Positions 63,671 to 64,000 of a stretch of 64,000 bases of DNA are shown here, in pieces. The position numbers were made by a program, and so were the translations under genes. Below the pieces are notes generated by a model that was not told the DNA's origin, ran no database searches, and saw only the letters and a program-made list of their open reading frames with translations. Source of the stretch: an uncultured Gemmatimonadales bacterium (GTDB lineage: Bacteria > Gemmatimonadota > Gemmatimonadetes > Gemmatimonadales > GWC2-71-9); assembly GCA_963779755.1 (NCBI GenBank), contig CAVZZO010000003.1, forward strand, positions 1,632,001-1,696,000. The letters are read 5' to 3'. How positions within the stretch are numbered: the first letter of the stretch is position 1; each line of letters starts with the position of its first letter.

Positions 63671-64000
63671 CTATCGCACCTGCCTTCGTTCCGCTGCCCG
63701 GGAGAGCAGGGTGAGCACCAGGGCCACCAGCAGCAGCCACACCGGCACCGTCCACCCGGCAATGGCCGGGCCGGCGCGGAGTTGCTCGCTGCGCGCCGCG
63801 ACCCACTGCCCCGTCCAGGTATCGAGCGAGACTCCAGCCGCGGCCTGGAGGGCGCTGTCGACCGGCAGGGGTGACTGCCAGAACCGCCGGAACCGGTCCG
63901 GCCCCAGGTCGTGCGCCATGTCGGACAGCAGGTGTTCTTCCAATCCGGGCAGGAACATGCCGTACGCGAGTCTATAACCGTAGGTCTCGACCCACGGGTG
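63671..64000 (-). CDS. 3' end of a hypothetical membrane protein (starts outside the window)
   Basis: Frame is open to the window edge; GPDRFRRFWQS.LPVDSA and a C-terminal TM segment. Confidence 0.7.
   Translation of the reverse strand, partial: HPWVETYGYRLAYGMFLPGLEEHLLSDMAHDLGPDRFRRFWQSPLPVDSALQAAAGVSLDTWTGQWVAARSEQLRAGPAIAGWTVPVWLLLVALVLTLLSRAAERRQVR

Overview
High-GC, gene-dense bacterial chromosome segment. The gene families (membrane Ser/Thr kinase with TPR region, DUF5916, DUF4097 pair with an ECF sigma factor) suggest a Gemmatimonadota-like organism; this is an inference. Contents in order: tRNA-Asn; Mo-hydroxylase accessory genes (mocA-like, coxG fusion, xdhC) flanking a candidate lipid or polyester inclusion-body locus (alpha/beta hydrolase, class I HMG-CoA reductase with an extra N-terminal domain, ABC1/UbiB kinase and acyltransferase, converging on patatin, phasin, PhaR and a Get3/ArsA ATPase pair, with no PHA synthase in the window); D-aminoacylase; glutamate dehydrogenase; a frameshifted lipoprotein coupled to a Cys-to-Ser ketosynthase; an arginine operon (argG, DUF1611-like gene, argC, argD, argF', argB, argE, argH, argR) that lacks argA/argJ and whose transcarbamylase carries a succinyl-type specificity residue, plus a duplicated argR fragment; rmuC; an ATP-dependent class I benzoyl-CoA reductase operon (tetR, oah, SDR, dch, bcrCBAD, small CxxC protein, had) continuing into hemerythrin and tryptophanase; ompA; transporters; a kinase; and an ECF operon. 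Intergenic DNA is full of 7-11 bp tandem arrays, often in inverted pairs, and modular 60-264 bp repeats. Many genes have a TANNNT-N6-start leaderless architecture. No transposase, integrase, CRISPR array or rRNA was seen. Family assignments come from motif recognition by eye, not from database searches.
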